The position numbers and the translations under genes are program-made. A stretch of 64,000 nucleotides of DNA from Gammaproteobacteria bacterium. GTDB lineage: Bacteria > Pseudomonadota > Gammaproteobacteria > G965277405. The stretch covers positions 426,280 through 490,279 of the forward strand of contig OZ255726.1 of assembly GCA_965277405.1 (NCBI GenBank), in the 5' to 3' direction. Shown one piece after another: positions 59,026 to 64,000 of the stretch. Below the pieces are notes generated by a model that worked only from the letters and a program-made list of their open reading frames with translations, did no database searches and was not told the DNA's origin. Each line of letters starts with the position of its first letter. Within the stretch, counting starts at the first letter, position 1.

Positions 59026-60378
59026 ATGCAGTGTACAACTTACCGAGCAACTATGGCTGCAAATTCGCTGGAAAACTGTCCCATTCACCGCTCAATAACT
59101 GATTGGTTTGGAGCATATCCAAGCCAACAACCGCTGCTAGTTGCTGTATCTGGCGGGATAGACTCGATGGTGCTGCTCGATGCTTTGCTACACCAAGCAA
59201 ATGTAAAAATCCAAGCGCTGCACTTTCACCACGGCAATGTATTCTCAAATAGCAATGACGCGATGCGTGCTTGCTGTGTGGCGCAATGTGCCCAGCGCGG
59301 CATTGAATGTAGTGTGGTCGATTTGGATGTTACCACGCTAGGCAGCAAAGAAACTGCCGCCAGAAACGCACGCCGTCAGGCGCTTGCAACCTTGCTTGCA
59401 GCACAGCAATACGCGCTGTTGGCGCACCACAGCGACGACCAACTAGAAACATTGTTGTTGCGGCTCGGCCGCGGCACTGGAACCTTTGGAATGCAGGGCA
59501 TACAGCCACGCAGTGCGATTGGTCGCGGTTGGATTGGCAGACCACTATTAGCAGTGACGAAGCAACACATCCACCAGTATGCAAGGGAACACGGCATCGA
59601 ACACTATGAAGACCCCAGCAACGCCGATGATGGTTTCGACCGTAATTATATACGCAAGCATATTGGACAACCTTTGCTGCAACGTTGGCCCAAGAGCAAC
59701 CTAGCCGCACAGCAATGTGCCGCGCAAACACAGCAGTGGTTTGCCATCATCGATACCGTGATTGATAAGATGATGATGCCAGGCGCAGCCGCGATTAGCA
59801 GTGCTGCACTCGCGGCGTTTAGCAAAGTACAACAAGGGATGCTGTTGGCACAATGGTTTGCTAATACTGTTGCCCAGCAAGGGTTGTACCATCATATTCA
59901 GCGGCAGCAACGCCACAGCATGATGGCAAGATATTCGAGCGTAGGCAGTGGTTTTAAAGAGCTATATGCATGGGATAATTGGCGACTATATCGCTATCAA
60001 GCTGCCGTGTATTGTGTTGTGTTGCCAGAGGTGCAACCAATCGAACATGGCAGGCATCGCCAGCAATTGGGGTGGGGAACCTTGCAAGTATCCACCAGCG
60101 CGTGGCAAATAATTACTGACTCTAATTATAGCATTCGCTATCGACAACACGGCGACTGCTGGGCGGATTCGCGTAAGCCAATCAACAAGAGGATGCAACA
60201 ACATGTATTGCCGTGGATGCGCGCAGGCTGGCCAATTATCTGTAATCATCACCATGTCGTAGCAATTATTGGGCTGCCGACCAAGCTGCAATCAAACACT
60301 CTACACCTAAGCAACAAACTTGAGAAAGTGCTTGCTGATATCAGCTGGGACACCAATACTAACATTGCCAATGCCTAA
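59026..60378 (+). CDS. tilS: tRNA(Ile)-lysidine synthetase
   Basis: PP-loop SGGIDSMVLL; 450 aa. Confidence 0.85.
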   Translation: MQCTTYRATMAANSLENCPIHRSITDWFGAYPSQQPLLVAVSGGIDSMVLLDALLHQANVKIQALHFHHGNVFSNSNDAMRACCVAQCAQRGIECSVVDLDVTTLGSKETAARNARRQALATLLAAQQYALLAHHSDDQLETLLLRLGRGTGTFGMQGIQPRSAIGRGWIGRPLLAVTKQHIHQYAREHGIEHYEDPSNADDGFDRNYIRKHIGQPLLQRWPKSNLAAQQCAAQTQQWFAIIDTVIDKMMMPGAAAISSAALAAFSKVQQGMLLAQWFANTVAQQGLYHHIQRQQRHSMMARYSSVGSGFKELYAWDNWRLYRYQAAVYCVVLPEVQPIEHGRHRQQLGWGTLQVSTSAWQIITDSNYSIRYRQHGDCWADSRKPINKRMQQHVLPWMRAGWPIICNHHHVVAIIGLPTKLQSNTLHLSNKLEKVLADISWDTNTNIANA

Positions 60379-60434
60379 GGAAGCTCTGATTAAGTCCATG
60401 ACGGGCGAGACGGAGAAAAAACGCTGATGATAAC
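60379..60434. mobile_element. MITE-like element, 56-bp terminal fragment between tilS stop and next gene start
   Basis: tilS TAA at 60376-60378 directly followed by GGAAGCTCTGATTAAGTCCATGACGGGCGAGACGGAGAAAAAACGCTGATGATAAC. Confidence 0.55.
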
Positions 60435-60437
60435 GCT

Positions 60438-61388
60438 ATGATTTTAGTAACTGGTGCAACTGGATTTGTTGGTACAGCACTCATACAAACGCTGATACAG
60501 CTTGAATACGGGCAGTTGAAGGCGGCAGTGCGCCAACATTGCCCCACGTTGCCTGCAACTGTGACACAAATAGCTGTTGCAGATATTGGCGCAGCAACCA
60601 ACTGGTCGGCAGCATTAACAAACGTTGATGTGGTTATCCATGTAGCCGGTCGAGCGCATCTTGTGCATGACCCAGCAACGAATCCTCTTGATGAGTTTTT
60701 GCGTGTTAATACAGATGCAACCACCCATCTTGCTCAGCAAGCTGCGCTACGAAACATCACTAGATTTATATTTGTTAGCTCTGCAAAAGTGAATGGTGAA
60801 AATTCAAAGTTCGACCAACCATTTAGGCACGATGATAAATTTACTCCTGTGGACCCATATGCCTATTCAAAGTATAAAGCCGAGCATGAATTGCTGCAAC
60901 TTGCACAAGAAACTCCTATGGAAGTAGTGATTATTCGCCCGCCTTTGGTATACGGACCAAACGCGTTAGGAAACTTTGCAACACTAGTATCAGTAGTAAA
61001 TAAAGGAATACCGTTGCCATTGGGTGCAATCCACAATAAACGATCACTCATTGCTCTTGACAACTTAGTAAGTTTTATCATTCATTGTATTGACCACACC
61101 AAAGCCACCAATCAAGTGTTTATGGTGGCTGACGGTGAAGACGTTTCGACAACTGAGTTATTAAAAAAAGTGGCAAAAGCATTTAATCGCAGCATATATT
61201 TGCTGCCTATCCCCGTCGCTGTGATGCGATTGTTTGCCAAGGTTATCGGCAAGCAAGACGCAGGCAATCGCTTATTCGGTTCATTTCAAGTCGACAGCGA
61301 TAGGGCAACTGTGCTCTTGGATTGGCAGCCAGTAATCACCATGGATAAGCAGCTAAAAAAACTTGCTGATGCCAGCAGCCAGACATAA
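60438..61388 (+). CDS. NAD-dependent epimerase/dehydratase (SDR family)
   Basis: N-terminal Rossmann motif ILVTGATGFVGTAL; YxxxK region (YAYSKYKAEHEL). Confidence 0.85.
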   Translation: MILVTGATGFVGTALIQTLIQLEYGQLKAAVRQHCPTLPATVTQIAVADIGAATNWSAALTNVDVVIHVAGRAHLVHDPATNPLDEFLRVNTDATTHLAQQAALRNITRFIFVSSAKVNGENSKFDQPFRHDDKFTPVDPYAYSKYKAEHELLQLAQETPMEVVIIRPPLVYGPNALGNFATLVSVVNKGIPLPLGAIHNKRSLIALDNLVSFIIHCIDHTKATNQVFMVADGEDVSTTELLKKVAKAFNRSIYLLPIPVAVMRLFAKVIGKQDAGNRLFGSFQVDSDRATVLLDWQPVITMDKQLKKLADASSQT

Positions 61389-61783
61389 TCGCTGCATCAA
61401 GACAACCAGAGCTTAACTCCGTATGGCTGTAAGTGGCACAATACGCTCATACAACAACCCATCCACTTGGCGATAATGGCGGTTTTTTATAAACAGCAAT
61501 ATGATTGCATGTTTTGTGGAAAGTGCTTGTTGTCAGTGCACCATCTGGATGAAGTAACCTAGAATGATGTGCTGACCAATTTGGCGAATTGGATTAAAAC
61601 TTACAGCGTCCGTATCATTGATACATGATAATCAAATGTGCATCATGTATACAACGCATCTTGTTATAGTAAAGTTGTGTTTACGTAAAAGATTATGAAT
61701 AATTAAATACGCAAACTAGATGTAGCTACGGCGAGATACACTCCTTTACCTCACTCTATTAACGACTAAATAAGAGGATCATT

Positions 61784-62701
61784 ATGGTAATGATTACACA
61801 AAAATATCCATCTATGCAGGCATTCCTGTTCACGACAATATTTAGCATATGCACGGCTTTAGCAAGTTGCTCGACTATCACGCAATCCACGCAATCGCAG
61901 CAGTCACTCAACATTAAAGAAAAAGCTATCGCTGTGCTCGATAGCCTAACCACGACCGATAGATCAGCGCTGCAATATATTGATGACGATAAATATATCC
62001 AGCACAACCCGAATGTTGCCACAGGAAAACAAGGCTTAATTGATTTTTTAAATGCAATACCCCAGCATCCCAAACAAGAAACAAGCGATATAGTGCGTGT
62101 GTATGTGGATGGTAGCTACGTTTTTGCACATTCTAAATCAGATCAGCTTGGTGTAGTAGCGTTTGATATTTTTCGCTTTGAAAAAGGAAAAATTGTTGAA
62201 CACTGGGACAATATTCAGCCACTCCAATCGGTCGATAACCCTAGCGGTCATACCCAAACAGATGGTGCAACTACAATTTCAGAGACTGGGCTGACCAAAA
62301 AAAACAAAGCGTTAGTGCATGACTTGATACAAGAGGTATTTATTCAAGGGAAAATATACAGAATCACTCGCTATCTCAGCAAGCGACAACTCATTCAACA
62401 TAGCCCGAACATTAAAGATGGTATTGCTGGTCTTGCAAAGTTTTTGAATACCATAAAAACACGAGAAATAGGCTTGCAATACAAGAAATTTCATGCTGTG
62501 TTGGGTGAGCAAAATTTTGTACTTGCAGTCCTTGAAGGAACGTTGTACCAAACCCCAACAGCTTTTTATAATCTGTTTCGTGTTCAAAAAGGAAAAATCG
62601 TCGAGCACTGGAGCACGTTACAAGCGATTCCTCCAATACATCAACAAAAGAACACTAATGGTCTATTTGGTTTTCCGTCTTCGGCTATGTCTATTCAATA
62701 A
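61784..62701 (+). CDS. Putative lipoprotein with two tandem NTF2/SnoaL-like domains
   Basis: Lipobox ALASCS; internal duplication evident (FRFEKGKIVEHWDNIQPL versus FRVQKGKIVEHWSTLQAIPP). Confidence 0.5.
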   Translation: MVMITQKYPSMQAFLFTTIFSICTALASCSTITQSTQSQQSLNIKEKAIAVLDSLTTTDRSALQYIDDDKYIQHNPNVATGKQGLIDFLNAIPQHPKQETSDIVRVYVDGSYVFAHSKSDQLGVVAFDIFRFEKGKIVEHWDNIQPLQSVDNPSGHTQTDGATTISETGLTKKNKALVHDLIQEVFIQGKIYRITRYLSKRQLIQHSPNIKDGIAGLAKFLNTIKTREIGLQYKKFHAVLGEQNFVLAVLEGTLYQTPTAFYNLFRVQKGKIVEHWSTLQAIPPIHQQKNTNGLFGFPSSAMSIQ

Positions 62702-62800
62702 GCCACTTTTAGCTAAAAGCGGCTACATACCATATGTTGCGTGTTTGCCACATGGAGTTGTTACACCACGACATTATTTTTTATATTTTGAACGGATAAT

Positions 62801-63559
62801 ATGGCTGATATACGTACATATATAGAACTCACTGTGTGCGCAGCTGCACAACTCACAGCAAACATGCGAAGGATAACATTGCATGGTACAGAGCTTGCCG
62901 ATTTTCCAAACAATACAGTTGGGGCATATTGCAAGTTGGTCTTTTATCCCAACGGGACTCACCAACCAGTGCTGCGTACCTACACAATCGCACAATTTCG
63001 CCGCCAGCAATGCGAAATAGACATTGATTTTATGCTGCATGCCCATACAAATTCTACCTGCACAGGAATTGCTGCCCCTTGGTCGATGCAGGCAAGTGTT
63101 GGCGATACTATTTCGATTTCTAGGCCTAGGTCAGCAACGTTTATTCATATGGCAGCAGATTGGTTTTTGCTTGCCGCAGATATGACAGCACTGCCTGCAT
63201 TAACGGCAAATATATCGCGATTACCAACACATGCCACAGGCAATATTGTGATAGAAATATTATCTGCGCAAGATAAACAGCAATTAGTTATACCTGATAA
63301 TATCAACTTAAACTGGGTTGTGAACCCGCATCCAGGATCAAATAAATCCCCGTTGTACCATGCAATTCAACAGCTGCAATGGCGGCATGGACAACCCGCT
63401 ATCTGGGTAGCATGTGAGTTTTCGACAATGAGAAAAATTCGCCAATTCCTCAAACAACAACAAAACATCAACAAGCAATGTGTATATATTTCAAGTTATT
63501 GGAAGCAAGGGCTAGCTGAAGAGGAACATAAAGTAATCAAACGCGCAGATGCACGCTAG
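62801..63559 (+). CDS. Siderophore-interacting protein (ViuB/YqjH-like FAD-binding reductase)
   Basis: 252 aa; RTYTIAQF motif and overall size/pattern of siderophore-interacting family. Confidence 0.65.
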   Translation: MADIRTYIELTVCAAAQLTANMRRITLHGTELADFPNNTVGAYCKLVFYPNGTHQPVLRTYTIAQFRRQQCEIDIDFMLHAHTNSTCTGIAAPWSMQASVGDTISISRPRSATFIHMAADWFLLAADMTALPALTANISRLPTHATGNIVIEILSAQDKQQLVIPDNINLNWVVNPHPGSNKSPLYHAIQQLQWRHGQPAIWVACEFSTMRKIRQFLKQQQNINKQCVYISSYWKQGLAEEEHKVIKRADAR

Positions 63560-63567
63560 ATAATGCG

Positions 63568-64000
63568 TCATTTAGCAAATTCTGACGGCTGCAAGGCAAC
63601 AGCGGGGTAGTCGCTAAACTTAATAGTGGTTGTGGTTATACTAACATCGTCTTTCTCTAGTACATTCTCACCAAATGCATAGCGGATTGACATGTTACCT
63701 TGACGAAACTGCTTAGTATACGCTGCAATGTTGCTTTCTGTGGTCTCAACTTGACGCTGGTAATGACTCGGCTTTATACAACTTTTACCTAATATTTTAT
63801 GCGTTTGTTCAGGAGATAACAGCACTGCGGTTGCGTTGTTGCCCCCGAAACCTTTGGCATTAATCAATGATGCCAAAAACGCGTTTTGCAGGTGTTGTTG
63901 ATGTTGTAGTACAAACTCAAGATTGCTAGAGTGGACATCTTCCGCCAGCTTTGGTGTGCTGGTAATTCCTGGTAAGACATTGCCTTCCCAAATACCCAGC
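63568..64000 (-). CDS. Beta-ketoacyl synthase family protein, C-terminal part (gene runs off window end), with ~80 aa C-terminal extension
   Basis: Own translation upstream of ORF-track start continues without stop to window edge (LGIWEGNVLPGITSTPKLAEDVHSSNLEFVLQHQ...); KGFGGNNATAVLL is the conserved C-terminal KS motif. Confidence 0.55.
   Translation of the reverse strand, partial: LGIWEGNVLPGITSTPKLAEDVHSSNLEFVLQHQQHLQNAFLASLINAKGFGGNNATAVLLSPEQTHKILGKSCIKPSHYQRQVETTESNIAAYTKQFRQGNMSIRYAFGENVLEKDDVSITTTTIKFSDYPAVALQPSEFAK

Noticed and set aside
61389-61783. Inverted repeat TACATGAT...ATCATGTA in the gap before the NTF2-like lipoprotein gene, considered as a small RNA or terminator
   Set aside because: Short AT-rich hairpin with no flanking conserved structure; insufficient evidence for more than a possible operator

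Overview
Chromosomal window from a gammaproteobacterium (rpmH-rnpA-yidD-yidC-mnmE origin-proximal cluster present; organism not identified). Mostly housekeeping genes: aldehyde dehydrogenases and a class III aminotransferase, cyoE, djlA, pdxH, mreCD, scattered trp genes, dnaQ, rpoH, ispB, dapB, hisD, TAXI-TRAP and ABC transporters, rplM-rpsI, sspA, tRNA-His, nth, rpoZ, tilS. Two things stand out. (1) A roughly 9 kb AT-rich defense island (about 28.7-37.9 kb) holding a Phd/YefM-RelE/ParE toxin-antitoxin pair and a Type I restriction-modification operon, hsdM - HEPN-like (HI0074-type) gene - NTase::hsdS in-frame fusion - frameshifted Abi_2 gene - hsdR. The NTase-HsdS fusion next to a HEPN partner is the most unusual feature and I do not recognise it as a described arrangement. 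(2) A dense family of about 285 bp MITE-like elements (7 near-complete copies plus fragments) sharing 16 bp terminal inverted repeats (GGAAGCTCTGATTAAG) with an intact IS5-family element at 17428-18636; several copies sit directly on gene stop codons. Also present: a decayed IS481-family transposase next to a 40 bp perfect palindrome, and a candidate 6S RNA upstream of ygfA. All calls rest on reading the sequence and ORF translations by eye; no database searches or computations were run.
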